Origin: the human T2T-CHM13v2.0 reference genome, Homo sapiens | NCBI GenBank assembly: GCA_009914755.4 | Contig: CP068257.2 | Span: 37,216,001-37,280,000, forward strand | Length of the DNA stretch: 64,000 bases | Direction: 5' to 3' | Part shown: piece by piece, positions 25,130-38,995 of the stretch | Position numbering within the stretch: the first letter of the stretch is position 1 | How the letters are laid out: every line of letters starts with the position of its first letter | Notes under the pieces: model-generated | Told to the model about the DNA's origin: nothing | Database searches by the model: none | What the model saw: the letters and a program-made list of their open reading frames with translations, nothing else | Program-made: the position numbers and the translations under genes

Positions 25130-28100
25130 CTATCTGTGCAGTAAGCACAGCAATGTCAGGGACACTGTTTTTAGAACCTGGCTGGCTCCCCTCCCCCAGC
25201 CCAACTGATTATCTGTCCTGGTTGCCAGGCACCTGTTTGCATTAGATACAGAACACTCCGCAGGGTCCCGAGTAGGCAGTTGTGGCCCACAGGCCACTGG
25301 CAAACAGAGGCAGAGCCACAGAGGGGCTGCTCGTCCCCAAATGTCTCTCCAGCCGCTCTGAAGCTGCTGCGGGCTGCTGTGCTGGTGATGGCTGAGATCA
25401 TGAGATGAGCCCCGGGGGTCCCTGGGCATCCCTGGGAGGTCCTGGTTTGTGTTGCTGTGGTGGTCTTAGTCATTAAGAGATGACACTTTATAAAGAGGAA
25501 AAGAGCTTAGTAAAAGTGTTGTTCTCACCAGCAGGTCCATGGAGAAGGTGGAACACTGGACTAAAGAGACAGGCTGAGGAAGCCCTCAAGTCACCCCTGA
25601 TGGAGGCCAGACCTTGAATGTTACAATCCCTCTGCTTATCGACCCTTAATAAAAATCTGAGCAGGTCTTCTCTGCAGGACACAGGAGGCTTTCTGGAAAA
25701 AAAAACATGGAAAAGTGAGTCTCCTAAGCGTTCCCAAGTGATTGATGCAGGACACATCTTAAAAGGATGAAAGGAGGATGGAGGAAAACTTCAGAAGGAA
25801 ATAACACAGTTTGAATGAAAACACCTATTTTGCAGAAAGTCCGGAAGTGCTCGACCAAGAGATCGTGAGATGGGAGCAGAGAGTACAGGAAAGGAAGGAG
25901 GAGAAAGAAAGGCTGGAAACCTTTGAATGCACAAAAAAAACAGGTCATGAAAGATACCACGAGCCAACTAAAATCTCTGGCTGAAAATGTGCTGGACACC
26001 ATGCAGTTGGAAGATTTCACTAGGGACCACAGTGATGAGGGGAACTTGGAAGCAGAGCTAAAGAGGAAAGCAGAAAATGAAGAAACCACCCCCTTAAAAA
26101 TTAAGTAAATTTTTTTAAAGTTATGTGCATACATTCTGTATATACAGAAAAGATATCTAAATTGTATGCACGCAGAAGGAGCATTGCCCCCACAAGGAAC
26201 AGTTCATCCTAAATGGTGCAGATGAAGAGACTTTGACAAAGGAAGTTTCCTGAGCTGTGGGCAGGGATGAGAGCTCAGACAAAATGATGGGAAGCCTCCC
26301 AGATGCCAAGGTTTCCCACCCCCAGGTTTCAAGGGAGGAGAGAGGAAGTGATGTCATCTGAGCCCAGTGAGGCCCTGTCAAGGGACCAGGGAAAACTGCC
26401 CCCACTTTTTGCTCCCATCCTCTCATTGACTGCAGGTGCACAGGCAGCTGCCTGAAAGAGGGCCTGCGAAGTGCAAGCCAGAGGAGTTGGCCTCCATGGC
26501 ACAGAGCAGGCAGAAAACAAATTTGGAGAATGACCAGCATTCTTGGGTTTATTTGACTGAAAGTGCTTGTTTTATTGCATTCACTCACATCCATTTATTT
26601 AATAAATATCCATGGAGTGTCTATCATGTCTTCTGCACTGTTCTAGGGGCTTGGGATACAGAGATGAAAAATGCCAACCCGATGAGGTCTGCAGACCACT
26701 AGAACTTACATTTTAGTGATGGGCAAGGTCAGGTAATAAAAGACAAGCAAGTGATGGGAATATGTGCTCTGCAGACATTTCCAATCCAGTGATGGGAGAA
26801 CAGGGGCTATGGGAGAGCACCCAGGAGGCAACATTTAACCTGAGATCTAAAAGTAAGAAGGAGGACCCTAGGAGGGTCAGGGGCAGAATATTGCAGGTAG
26901 AAGGTACAGGTAGGATAAGACCAGGAGAACTCTGCCTCTGGGTCCAGGGGAAGCAAAGTAAAGTGGGGTTGTGGGGAGTGTGCAGAGCCCTGTGCACAGA
27001 TGTGACATCCAGTGCAGTGTGATCACCCAGGGAAGGGTCTTACCCCTGGAGAGGTGGGGTTGCAGGGAAGGGGGCATGGAGGAATGTGTATGCCACCTTG
27101 ACCTTTTTGGTTGTGGAGAGAACGGAATAAGAATTGGGGGAGAGGCAGGATTTCAGCGAGGGGTGTCACAGGGGTCTGCTGTTGGGGTGGTCATCACAAG
27201 ATGAATCAAGGACAGATCGGGCTGTGTTTGGATGGTTGTGAGGATCAGAGAGGAGGAATGAAAGACACCCTTGGGTGCTTTCTTATAACCCTGTGATGTT
27301 TGTCACTACTTTAAGAAAGCCTTAGTAAAATCTCTGCAGGAGAGCCCCTGACAAAAAGTCAGAAAGGCTGTAGTGTATTAATTACCCCAGGGAAAGCCTG
27401 CTTTTCCCTAGCATAGAGTGTGGTGTGCCGCATGTCTCTCTTGAACTTGCATTTGGTTCCTGCACTACTCCCACAACAAGGACGGTAGGGGCGGGTACAG
27501 GTGGGGCTCCAGTGAAGGGTGGGGGTTCTCAGGTATGATGCGTTTACAGCCTGCATTGAGGCTATATGATGCCCCTCGTTTGGAGATTCCAAGAGGAATT
27601 TTAAGTTTATTCCACCAGAGTGCACCACCATTAAATAAGAAAGACTCATGAGCTATAAGTGCTCATGAATGTGGTGGGTGTACATGCTGGGGCTGTGCCT
27701 CACTCTTTAATTGTCCCAGCAGCCGGCTGTGGTGGGTAGGAAGATCAGGGCGGGCTCTCTGGAGGAGGCGGCTCCTGAGCTGAACACTGAAGGATGAGTA
27801 GGAGCTATCTCCAGTGCTTTTCAAAATTGAAGGGGCAGATGAATCACTTGGAGAGCTTGTTAGTAGGCACATTCTGATTCATCAGGCAGGGGCCTGAGAC
27901 TTGCTTTGCTCCCAGGTGATGCCTATGCTGATGAGATAAGAAAGAGGGAGGCTCTTTAGATCATTATAGGGCAGGAGTCAAGGAAAGATGAAGGGACAGG
28001 GAAGGAAAGATTTCTGGCCAGGACAAGGCACAGGCAAAGACACGAGGGTGCACACAGCTTGGTCTAGGGGAACAGGAGAGTTTGTGTTCTGGATCCAGGG

Positions 28101-28130
28101 ACTCAGGAGGGAGGGCAGGACCTGGCAGCA
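25130..28130. repeat. Copy B of the intra-window diverged duplication, paralogous to ~2540-6450
   Basis: Same blocks as copy A, listed there, including the partial K/E-rich ORF at 25923-26108. Copy B has ~1.3 kb (26400-27700) with no counterpart in copy A and lacks copy A's Alus and (CA)n. Confidence 0.8.
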
Positions 28131-28539
28131 GAACAGATCCCCAACCCACACAGATGGGCTCTTCCTGCTCATCCTCTCCAACGCCCCTATCTACCATGGG
28201 TGATCTTTAGCCTCAGAACACTTTATTTTTCTGAGGAGTACAAAGGACCACAGACTGGAAGTCACACTGGGGAAGCAGCCATGGAGAACGCACTCTGCCT
28301 AAACACAGCTTGTACAAGGAATAGCCTGAAGACAAGGTCAAAGGCTTCAAATCATGAACCAACTCACGAGCTCCGGACAAGCTCATTTGTCCCATGAGCA
28401 GGATGTCTGAGGGCTCAGTGAATCTTAGTGAACACATCAAATACAAATACACCTTATGTCTAAGAATCTGATGACAAATGAGTATTTTTATCCTCTTTGG
28501 GGTAAAATAATGTGTATTCTGCTGTGTTCTTGACTGAAG

Positions 28540-28625
28540 AGGTATATATATACATATAATTATATATACATATGTATACATACACACATATATATAATTG
28601 TGTGTGTGTATAGGCACATTATACA
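28540..28625. repeat. TA/TG/TATG-rich simple repeat
   Basis: tatatatacatataattatatatacatatgtatacatacacacatatatataattgtgtgtgtgtatag. Confidence 0.8.
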
Positions 28626-29319
28626 ATGCAACACAACACCTATATGCTTTTTTATTTCATTCTACAAATATCCTCAGTGAACTCCAACCACCACACGAGG
28701 TACAAGGTTCAAGAAAAGATGCTACATAGGTTGCATGTACTTTTTCAAGGGTTCGAACACGCTACTTAGACTTCTATTTTTTCATTTATTCATTCAACAG
28801 AGATTTATTAAGCCCCTTCTATGTGCCAGGCACCAGGCAGATTTGGGAGATACTACTGTGAACAAGACAGACAAGGTCCTGGCTTCAAAGAGCTGAACTT
28901 GACTGAGAGGCGGGTGGTGACTGAGGCCTGGCGGATGCAGCGGCTCCCTGCCAAGATCCCTCTCCAGTTCAGTTTCCCAGGAGCCAGGGAGGGAGCTCGC
29001 CTGCTGCACAGCATCGTCAGGGAAACTTGTAATTACAGCATTTATTAGGACAGATTAGAGAGCCAAAAGAATCACATTGTTAAAGGAACAATGAAATTAA
29101 AAAAGAGGTTAAGCAAAAACCACAGGAGAAAAACCCATGCATTCGCCAGCTATTACAGGCTCACAAGATAGCAGTTACATGATTGAAATCTCCTCCTTAG
29201 CCTCTGATCTGCTTAGGCATTTTTAGCTGGAAGAGACCAATCATATCTCTAGTCTTGAGCCTGGGGCCGTCTTCTCCGGCTGTGTGTACAGTTGGGAGGC
29301 AGCTTTGCAGAGGCCAAGG

Positions 29320-29420
29320 GCCGTGGTTTGACCTTGGGCAAATGACTTAATCTCCAGGAGCCTCAGTTTACTTATCTGTAATAATTCCTGCCTTGCAGGC
29401 TGGCCATACGGCCATACGAC
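29320..29420 (+). mobile_element. MIR SINE fragment
   Basis: tttgaccttgggcaaatgacttaatctccaggagcctcagtttacttatctgtaataattcctgcc, matching MIR tgaccttgggcaagttacttaacctctctgtgcctcagtttcctcatctgtaaaatgggg. Confidence 0.55.
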
Positions 29421-29626
29421 TGAGAAATCATAAGTGTGTTGCGACCAGCACATACATTCTCAAAGAGAGGTAACTGCCAGTCAGTGGTAGACCAAGCCAT
29501 GTTAGAGCCTGCAGCAAAAGGCAAGTTCAGAAATACAGACCCTCTTTATTTAAAATGTTGTTATTTTGTCATCAAGGAATTTATTGCATTAATTTTGATT
29601 ATATATATAGCATTAAAACAGTATCT

Positions 29627-29722
29627 ATCTTGGCTGGGCGAGGTGGCTCAGGCCTTTAATCCCAACACTTTGGGAAGCCAACGCAGGAGGATTGCTTGCA
29701 GCCGGGAATTCAAGACCAACAT
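29627..29722 (+). mobile_element. Alu left-monomer-only fragment (FLAM-like)
   Basis: ggctgggcgaggtggctcaggcctttaatcccaacactttgggaagccaacgcaggaggattgcttgcagccgggaattcaagaccaac. No right arm or A-tail. Confidence 0.7.
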
Positions 29723-29756
29723 AAGGGCTCTCATAGTCCCCTCCTCCCCCATGAGA

Positions 29757-29900
29757 TAGTCATCATCATCCTCATTTTACAGGTGAGGACATGGAGGCAC
29801 CGAGACATTAAGTAACTTGAAGACCACACAGCTAAGCAGCCAGAGTTCCAATCCAGGCTACAGAAGGTCAGAGCCTGTGTTCTTAACCACCAGGAAACAC
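29757..29900 (+). mobile_element. MIR SINE fragment
   Basis: catcctcattttacaggtgaggacatggaggcaccgagacattaagtaacttgaagaccacacagctaagcagccagagttccaatccaggc...gtgttcttaaccacc. Confidence 0.55.
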
Positions 29901-32282
29901 ATGGCTTTAGACTTTTACCACAGACACGTGCGCCCAATATGCAAACCAGCCGACCCACAAAAACTGCTTTGCATTTTTAAGCAGTTGCATTGAAGCTTAC
30001 AGAGTGTTCCAGTGCGCTAGGAGCCCCACTGACCCATCCCGGGCTGGCCAGGTGGGCTCTTCTCATAACTGTGTGTCTGCGGCATCTGACCCTGCTTGTA
30101 TCTTCTCCTGGAGGACTTTGAGATAAGACTTCATCTGGGGACACTGAGAGTCCAATGAATGGAGACACTAGGACACCCCCGACTGGAAAAGACAGACGGA
30201 TGTGCACACTGTCACCCTCTACCTCCTTCCACCACAGACCCAAGGTGGCACACAGGAAGGTGCACACTGCACCAAAAAACAGAAAACTGGAAATGTGAAT
30301 GCACAAGGGGTCGGGGACAAGAGGACCCAGGAGGAGGCTGGGCCAAGAGGGGGTTAGAAAGTACCCTGTGGGCCATAGGACTTCAACAGTTCACACAGTT
30401 GAGTCCCTAACTGAGGCCAAGCTGTATGGGCCAAGAACAAGGGAAACAAGATCAGGGCTGAAGCATGCCCCTTCCTTGGGAGAAACACATGTGCTTAGGG
30501 CTTGGCTTTAAAAGAGATTTTCCTTGTGAAATCCACTCAGGGGCCCCTGAGGAATGTCATGGACTGGGTCTTGATGTGACTCTTTCTTATGCCACTGCAT
30601 ATGACAAGCACTGCAGCTTCCGAGGCCCCCATGGGGAAAGCCCTGAGAGAGGGATGGAGGCTCCCCCATGGCTCCCAGCACATGGACCCTACCTCCTGGG
30701 ACACATTTCTGGTCTGTCTAATGTGATGGTGTCGCCTCTCTGTGCTGTTCACCTGCTCCACCCCAAGGGTAGGCCCTGGTTCCTGTGCATTTTGCACTCC
30801 TCCCAGCAACGCAAACCAGTGCCACAAAGGCCCTCTGTTGAACTTGCAGGGTGCAACCGGGCTCCTCAGTGGTTGGGAAGACCCTGCACTGCTGCTCTGA
30901 CCCCCCTCTGTCTACATGGAGGGACATGTTGGGGTCCATGGAGAAGTCACCAGGTGATCAAGATCTGACCTCCCCCATCCCATGTTCTTCCGTGGGAGGA
31001 TTAATCACTGCCTCTCTCTAGCTCCCCTTTCTTAGCTAATCTGGAGTCATAAAACATCTTAGTATTAGGCCACATCCACACAAGCAGCAGGTAAGTTCCC
31101 TTTTACATATAGCCTCTCCCAGGTATTCTGACGTGGGCGTCTCCCCCACCCCAGCCTACTCACAGATTTCAGCATCCACCCTGAGGGTGTCTGTGTGAAG
31201 AGCCTGTCTCCTCCTTGGCCATCCAGGGCCTAGCTGCTGTCCAGTTATTGCTGGAACCCTCATCAGTCTGGTTGAGTCACAAGGAAAAGATGTTCTGCCC
31301 CAGGCACTGGTCTGGGGACCACACATTCTCCTTCTAAGGTTGTAACATGGCAGACTCTTCACCTTCCACCCCAACCAGTGTGTCAATCAAAGGACAGGGC
31401 CACACAGGCAAGGTAGATCACAGCAGCCAGTTATTAGGAAAGAGGACTGAGGTTATAATCTCACAGGCCACTCCCACCTGGAAGATGGTGGCCTTGTTTT
31501 CAGGGTCAGGCATAGTTTACCAAAAGACATTTGGAAAAGGGCCTTGTTATTTATAGTTTTTAAGCTGTGCAAGTGAAGACACCAGGAAGAGAGCGCTAGG
31601 GTCAGAGTGGGTTGAGCTGGGGTTTTCGCTGTTGTTGTTGTTGCTGCCATTACTAGAAAAGAGACAATGCAAAAACCCAAGGCATTGCCTCAGAGCCCAG
31701 GGGTAGGGATTCTGGACTCCCTCCACAATGTTCAGGTCATTCTAAAGATGCTGAGAGTCCACGAGGAATGAGATGAAATGACAGGGCCATGAATCAATTC
31801 CCGTGGTGTTGAAAGCTTCAGGGAGGAAAGCTCCTGGCTCACAGCTGGGTTTTCTTGGGTCCTCACAGTACCGTTGCGCTGGTCTCTGTTGCTACAGCTT
31901 CTTGGTGGTGGTGATTGCAGCTCCTTGGTGGTGGCAGCTGTGCTCTCTGATCCCAAAGGACCACTATGGTTCCAGAGGAAAGAGTGGTTGGAGAACAAGA
32001 GCAGTTTTCAGCAGAAGCACTTGTGACTGAGATAAGACACGGAGGAGAGCTCCATCCTCTAAGCCCAAGTGAGTAGCGGCTCTTGGTGACAGCAATGCCA
32101 GGCCCTACACCACTTGCATTTCTATTCACTGAGTGTCTATGGAGGGCCAGGCCTGGCTCTGTGCTCTACAAGCCCCTCTTGGCATTCCTTAATTCTCTGG
32201 GGTTTGTGTGTGATCCCTAGTCTATGGTTGAGAAGTAAATCAGATTCAGAAAGCTGGTGAGGCTAGAACAGGGCTTGAACTC

Positions 32283-32465
32283 ATGTTTACAGAGAAGCGA
32301 ACCCCAGACCCCTTTCCCTCTTCTCTAATTTGTTCAATCTTTGTCTCTGTTTGCCTCCCCTCTATCATTCTTTATCTTTCCTATTTCTCTCTCCCTTTTC
32401 TTTCCCTCCTCTGTCCCTCTTTTCTCTTTTTTCTCCTTTTTTTCTCATTTTTCTCCTTGCTGTTG
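32283..32465. repeat. Pyrimidine-rich (TC) low-complexity tract
   Basis: tctctctcccttttctttccctcctctgtccctcttttctcttttttctcctttttttctcatttttctcc. The Leu/Ser/Phe-rich ORFs at 32283..32504 and 32341..32526 are artifacts of this tract. Confidence 0.8.
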
Positions 32466-32830
32466 TTTGAATGTGTCCTCCAAAGTTCAAGTTTTGGAAA
32501 CTGAATCCCCAGGGTGCAAGCGTTAAGAGGTGGGGCCTTAATAAGTGGTGATCAGGTCATGAAACCCTGCCCTCATGAATGGATTAATGTCATTATTGAG
32601 GGAGCAGGTTAGTTATTGTGAGCGTGGAATTGTTATAAAAGCAAGTTCAGCCCTCACGCTCTGGCTCTCCCAAGCTCTCTTCTGCCTTCTGCCATGGGAT
32701 GAGTAGCAAGAAGCCCTCACCAGATGCAGCCCCTTGACCTTGGACTTCCAAGCCTCCAGAACCATAAGAAATAAAATTTTTTTCTTTATAAATGACCCAG
32801 TCTGTGATATTCTATTATAACACAAGATGC
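32465..32830 (-). mobile_element. MaLR solo LTR, MLT1-type, reverse orientation
   Basis: gtgtcctccaaagttcaagttttggaaactgaatcccc...ggtggggccttaataagtgg...ccttgaccttggacttccaagcctccagaaccataagaaataaaattttttt ctttataaatgacccagtctgtgatattctattataacac. Confidence 0.6.
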
Positions 32831-34172
32831 TCTTCCCACCTCAATCAACTTTCACTGCCCAACCCAGTTGCACATAGACTGAGTATCAGTTGCGCATAGA
32901 CTGAGTACGTTGCTGGGTCCTGGTCACATGGTGATGCCTGAATATTCTCCCTGACCTGAAGCCTTTGCAAATCTGCTTACTAAACTCCATGAAAACTGTG
33001 CTCAGGGTTTTTCATTGAAAAATTCAGGTGAGGTGAATATTTTACTCATCTCTTTTCGGTTGGTTTTAACTTTTATGTAACATTTAATTAATTCTTTCAA
33101 ATGAACTCTGTGAATACCTAATTCAGGGAGAGAAGCTTCAAAGGAGATAGGAACATGCTGGGAGACAGAGGATGTACTGGGGGTAGGGAGGAAAGGGAAA
33201 GGAAACGGAAACAAAGGAAAAGGGAAGGGAAGAAAATTTAGCATTCCCCAGCATGACTCAAGGTTTTCCTGGTAGTTCCTATAATCTTTCAGGAAAGTAG
33301 AGCCTTCTTCAGTGAGAAATCTTTCCCTAATATTGAAGTCAACTTTGAATTTAAATCCTTTCTGAGCCACTGACTATTTACTGACAGTCCTTCTGACCTT
33401 TAACTGTGAGCTAAGATTTTCCATTTGAAAGACTAATGAGGGATTTATTCCTAGGATACAAAGATGGTTTCACATAATTAAATCAATAAATGTGATACAC
33501 CACATTAAAAGAAAGACAGACAAAAACCATGTGATCATCTCAAGAGATAAAGAAAAGTCACCGGACAAATTTCCACATTTTTCATGGTAAAAAGTCCCAA
33601 TAGGTGAGAGATAGAAGGAGTGTACCTCAATACAATAAAGGCTACATATAAAAAGCTCATAACTAACGTCACACTCTACAGTGAAAAGTTGGGATCTTTT
33701 CCTCTAAGATCAGAAAAAGACAAGGATGCCTACTCTTACCACTTCTATTAAACATAGTTCTGGATGTTCTAGCCAGAGCAACTAGAAGAGAAATAAATAA
33801 AAGTCATTTGAATTGGAAAGGAAAAAGTTACATTGTCTCTATTTGCAGACAACATGATCTCATATATAAAATATCCTAAAGACTCTACCAAAGAACTGTT
33901 AGAACTAATACATTTAATAATGTTACAGGATACAAAATCAATATGCAAAAATCAGTAGCATTTCTATATAAGAACAATTAACTATCTGAAAAAGAAATCA
34001 AGAAAACAATCCCATTTACAGTGGCGCCTCCCCCCAAAATTACTTAGATGTAAATTTAACCAAGTTAATGAAAGATCTGTAGACTGAAAACTATAAAACA
34101 TGAATGAAAGAAGTTAAAAAAAGACACAAATAAATAGAAAGATATTCTGTGTTTAAGAATTGGAAGATTTAA

Positions 34173-34466
<294 letters not shown>

Positions 34467-35075
34467 AAGAATTGGAAGATTTAATATTGTTAAAATGTCC
34501 ATACTGTCCAAAGTGATCCAAGAGTCAAATACAATCCTATCAAAATTCCAATGACTTTTTTTAGCAGAAATGGAAAAAACAATCCATAAATTTGGATGGA
34601 ACCACAAAAGACCCATGAATGGCCAAATAAATCTTGAGCAAAAAGAACAAAGCTAGAGGCATCACACTACCTGATTTTAAAATCTATTACAAAGCTATAG
34701 TAATCTAAACAGCATAAAACTGCCACAAAACAGACACAGACAAGTGGAGCTGAATAAACAGCCCAGAAATTAATTCATGAATTTATGGTCAATTGAGCTT
34801 TGACAAAGATTCCAAGAACATACAATAGGGAAAGGACAGTTCTTCAGTAAATGGTGCTGAGAACATTGGATATCCAGATGCAAATAAATAAAATTAGACC
34901 CTCGTCTCACACCACACACAAAAATCCACTCAAAGTAGATAAGCGACTTAAATATAAGACCTAGAACCTTATAAATACTGGAAGAAAACATGGAGAAAAA
35001 GCTCTAGGACATTGGTCTTGGCAATGAATTTGTGGATATGACCCTAAAAGCACAAGCAACAAAAGTAAAAATGCA

Positions 35076-35357
35076 GCCGGGCACGGTGGCTCACGCCTGT
35101 AATCCCAGCACTTTGGGAGGCCGAGGCGGGAGGATCACGAGGTCAGGAGCTCAAGACCAGCCTGACCTACATGGTGAAACTCCATCTCTACTAAAAATAC
35201 AAAAATTAGCTGGGCATGCTGGTGGGCACCTGTAATCCCAGCTACTCAGGAGGCTGAAGCAGGAGAATCCTTGAACCCGGAAGTGGGAGTTTGCAGTGAG
35301 CCAAGATCGCGCCACTGCACTCCAGCCTGGGTGACAGAGCAAGACACCATCTCAAAA

Positions 35358-35404
<47 letters not shown>

Positions 35405-35405
35405 A
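35076..35405 (+). mobile_element. Alu SINE nested in L1 ORF2, with (AAAT)n tail
   Basis: gccgggcacggtggctcacgcctgtaatcccagcactttgggaggccgaggcgggaggatcacgaggtcaggagctcaagaccagcctg...gcagtgagccaagatcgcgccactgcactccagcctgggtgacagagcaagacaccatctcaaaat then (aaat)x12 at 35356-35405. Confidence 0.95.
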
Positions 35406-37254
35406 TTCGCACAAATAGAATTCAATCAAACCAAAAAAGCTCCCACGCGGCAAAGGAAATGACCATAGAGTGAAGAAACAACATATAGTATGGGAGAATA
35501 TATTTACAAATCACACATCTGATAAGAAGTTAATATCAAAAATATGCAGGAAACTCAAACAACTCAATAGCAAAAACAAAAACAAGCAAAAACAAATATA
35601 AATCAGTTAAAATGGGCAAAGAATCTGAATAAATATTTCTCAAAAAAGACATATGAGTGGCCAATGGGTATATGAAAAGATATTCAACATCACTAATCAG
35701 AGAAATGCAATTAATATCACAATAAGATATTAATATCACTTCACATCTGTTAAAATGACTAGTATCAAAAAGATGAAAGATAACAGATGTTGGCAAGGCT
35801 GTGTAGAAAATGGAACCCTTGTACACTGTTGGTGGGGATGTAGATTAATACAGCCATTATGGAAAACAGTATGGAGATTTCTTAAGGAATTAAAAATAGA
35901 ACTACCATATGATCCAGCAATTTAATTTCTGGGCATATATTTAAAGGAAATAAAACCGGTAGCTTGAAGAGATATCTATACTTTCATGTTCATTGCAGCA
36001 TTATTCACAACAGCCAAGATATGGAATCAACTTAAGTATCCATTAATGCATGAATGGATAAAGAAAATACTATTCAACCTTTAAATTAGCCCTCATGCTA
36101 ATTTATTTAGAAAAATTTATTTCGTATGGTTCTGGAGGCTGGGAAGTCCAAGGTGACGGGGCTGCATCTGGTGAGGGCCTTTTTGCTACGCATCCCATGG
36201 CAGAAGGCAGAAGGACAAGGTAGCTTGAGAGAGCAAGAGTGTGAGGGCTCTTTAAAAGAAGTAAATTCTGTCATTTGTGACAACATGGCTGAAGCTGGAG
36301 GGCATTAGGCTAAGTGAAATAAGCCAGACACAGAAGGATAAATACTGCATAATCTCACTTATATGTGGAATCTAAAAAAGTAGGGCTCAGAGAAACAAGT
36401 CATAGAATGGTGGCTACCAGAGGGTAGAGGTTGGAGGATTGAGGAGATGGTGGTCAATGGACACAAAATTCCAGTTAAACAGGAGGAATAAGTTCAAGAG
36501 ATCTATTATACATAATGAGACCACAGTTAATAATAATATACTATACATTGGAAAATTTCTAGAAAGGCAGTTTTAAGTGTTCTCACTCCAAAAATAAGTA
36601 TATGAGGTAATGCATATGTTAAAAAGCTTGATTTAGCCATTCCAAAATGTACACAAATATCAAAACATCATGTTGTACACCATAAATATTTACAATTTTT
36701 ACTTTTCAATTTGAAAAAAAAAGAAAAATGAAGAAAGAAAACTTCTTGTTGGATTGAGTTCTCTATCATCAACAGGGATGGAGAGGTTTTAGGGAAAGAG
36801 AAAATATCACCTCTCTCACTGTAAGAAACAGATTTTATTATTACTAACCTAGAACACTGCATTTTCTCTTTGTTGTTGGGAAATTTCTGATGACACCTTT
36901 AAAAAAACCTGAGATTTGTCTCTGGGTAAGTTAAATGTTCATTAAGTGATCACAGAAAGTAAAAGTTTGGGAAACTTTACCAGGAGCGTTTGGGGGAAGC
37001 AAACCCTGCGCAGATTTCCTTTGTTCTTGCAATAGCAGTTCCCTCTTGAGTGTGACTTGGGGCCCCTCAGTTGGCCCTGGGACATCTGCTCACTTTGGGA
37101 CTCTTTGTGAACATTACTTGGGGAAGGAAGCACTGGGGGGAAGGAAGCACTGGGCTTGGGACAGGGCTGGGCGCTGCCTCTTCACTGGACCATGACAAGG
37201 TTGTTACCTCACCAAGGAGAGGTGCAAAAAGCTTAGGGGCTTGGATTTCTAGAT

Positions 37255-37435
37255 TTCAGTGCCAACTATGCCACTTACTGGCTTTATCCTTGGGGAATTT
37301 ATCTACTCTGTGACCCTCAGTTTTTTTATCTTAATTATTAATACATACCTCATAATGTGACTGTGAGGATTCACTTAATAATATATGGAAAACCATAGAA
37401 TAGTGCCCAGCATCTAGGAAGTGCCACAGCCCCCT
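37255..37435 (+). mobile_element. MIR SINE fragment, 3' half
   Basis: gccacttactggctttatccttggggaatttatctactctgtgaccctcagtttttttatcttaattattaatacatacctcataatgtgactgtgaggattcacttaataatatatggaaaaccatagaatagtgcccagcatctaggaagtgcc, matching MIR ...ctgccacttactagctgtgtgaccttgggcaagt...cctcagtttcctcatctgtaaaatgggg...tacctcatagggttgttgtgaggattaaatgag...gcgcttagaacagtgcctggcacatagtaagcgc. Confidence 0.6.
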
Positions 37436-37459
37436 TCAGAAGCTAGTGAAACCTGCAGA

Positions 37460-38995
37460 CCACTTTTCAGAGTGATATTATTATTTTTTTCTAGGTTTAC
37501 TGAGTTATAATTGAAAAAATAAAAATGGAATATAGATGTACAACATGAAGCTCTGATGCATATATCCATTGTGAAATGATGACCACAATCAAGCTAATTA
37601 ATGTTATCTATCACTTCACATAGTTCAACCTTTTTTTGTGGTGAGAGTACTGAAGATCTACTCTCTTAGCAATTTTCAAATCTAAAATACATTATTATTA
37701 ACACAGTCACTGTGCCGTACGTTAGCTCTGAGGACCTTATTCATTTTATACCTAAAAGTCTGTATCCTTTAACCAACCTCTCCTAATTTCCCACTGTCAT
37801 CCCTACTGCCACCTCTGGTAACCAGCCTTCTGCTCTGTTTCTGAGTCCAACCTTCTTAGATTCCACATATGAGTGAGATCATGCTGTGCAGTGTTTGTTT
37901 TTCTGTGTCTGGCTTGCTTTCACTTAGCATAATGTCCTCCAGGTCCACCCATGTTGTTGCAAATGGCAGAATCTTCTTCTTGTTAAAGACTGAATAATAT
38001 CCCTGTGTGTGCGTGCATGTGTGTGTGTGTTTGTGTGTGTGTGTGTATCACATTTTCTTCATCCATTCATCCATCAATGGACACTAAGCACTAAGGTTGA
38101 TTCCGTATCTTGGCTATTGTGAATAATGCTGCAATAAACATATGAGTCCAGATACCTCTTCAAGATACTGATTTCATTTCCTTTAAATATATGCCCAGAA
38201 GTGGGATTGCTGGATCATATGGTAGTTCTATATTTAGTATCTTGAGGAATTTCCATACTGTTTTTCATAATGATTGTAGCAATCTATATTCCCATCAACA
38301 GTGTACAAGGGTTCCATTTTCTACATGGCCTTACCAACGTTTGTTATCACTTATCTTTTTGATAATAGATATTCTAGCAGGTGTGAGGTGGTATCTCATT
38401 GTGGTTTTAATTTGCATTTTCCTGATGATTAGTGGTGTAGAGCATCTTTTCATATTCCCATTGGTAATTCGTATATCTTCCTTTGAGAAATATTTATTCA
38501 GATCTTTTGCCCATTGTTAGCTGAGTTATATGTGAGTTGGTTTTGGTTTGTTGTTGTTTTTTGTTTTTGCTATTGAGCTGAGTTCCTTGTATATTTTGGA
38601 TATTAAATCCTTCTCAGCTGTATGGTTGACAGATACATTCTTGCATTCTGTAAGTTGCATCTGTAGGTTGCAACAGAGTCTCTTTACTCTGTTGATTGCT
38701 TGCTTTACTGTGTGAAAGCTTTTTTAGCTTGATGTAATTGTGTTTGTCTATTTTTGCTTTTGTTGCTTGTACTTTTAGTGTCATATCCAAAAAGTTATTG
38801 CCCAGACCAGTGTCATCCCCTATGTTTTCTTCTAGTAATTTTAAAGTTTCAGGTCTTATGTCTATGTCTTTAATCCATTTTGAGTTAATTTTTGTGTAGG
38901 GTTTAAGATAAGAATCCAATTTTATTTTTATTTTTTGTATATGGATATCCAATTTCCCCAACACCATTTATTGAAAATTCTATCCTTTCTTTGTT
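37460..38995 (-). mobile_element. L1 (L1M/L1P-type), antisense: 3'UTR and ORF2 C-terminal region, with internal (TG)n
   Basis: Antisense 3'UTR blocks (cttagattccacatatgagtgagatcatgc, cttgctttcacttagcataatgtcctccaggtccacccatgttgttgcaaatggcagaatcttcttcttgttaaag.ctgaataatatcc, ggctattgtgaataatgctgcaataaacat) are followed by antisense ORF2 (ggtgtgaggtggtatctcattgtggttttaatttgcattttcctgatgattagtggtgtagagcatcttttcat, ...ccaacaccatttattgaaaa). (TG)n sits at 38005-38047. ORF 38614..38967(-) translates as ORF2 (...INSKWIKDIDIRPETLKLLEENIG...). Confidence 0.8.

Noticed and set aside
26560-26700. Block beginning tcattcacatccatttatttaataaatatccatggagtgtctatcatgtcttctgcactgttctaggggcttgggatacagag, with a similar start at 28780-28840, resembling a very common old mammalian repeat
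   Set aside because: I recognise the motif (catt.attcaacaaatatttattgagcacctactatgtgccaggcactgtgctagg…) but cannot name the family with confidence from memory, so no feature is asserted. RepeatMasker would resolve it.
30465-30968. 167-aa ORF (+) in a GC-rich unique region
   Set aside because: Overlapping ORFs of similar size are open on other frames and strands there, which is what GC-rich non-coding DNA gives. No homology motif recognised and no Kozak or splice context. Retained only as part of a candidate unique, possibly regulatory, block.
38614-38967. 117-aa ORF (-) with no stops and a plausible-looking protein sequence
   Set aside because: It translates as L1 ORF2 C-terminal region (…YTKINSKWIKDIDIRPETLKLLEENIG…), a remnant of the antisense L1 at 37460-38995. 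The ORFs at 22422..22628 (L1 ORF1) and 33002..33370 are likewise repeat-derived or uncorroborated.
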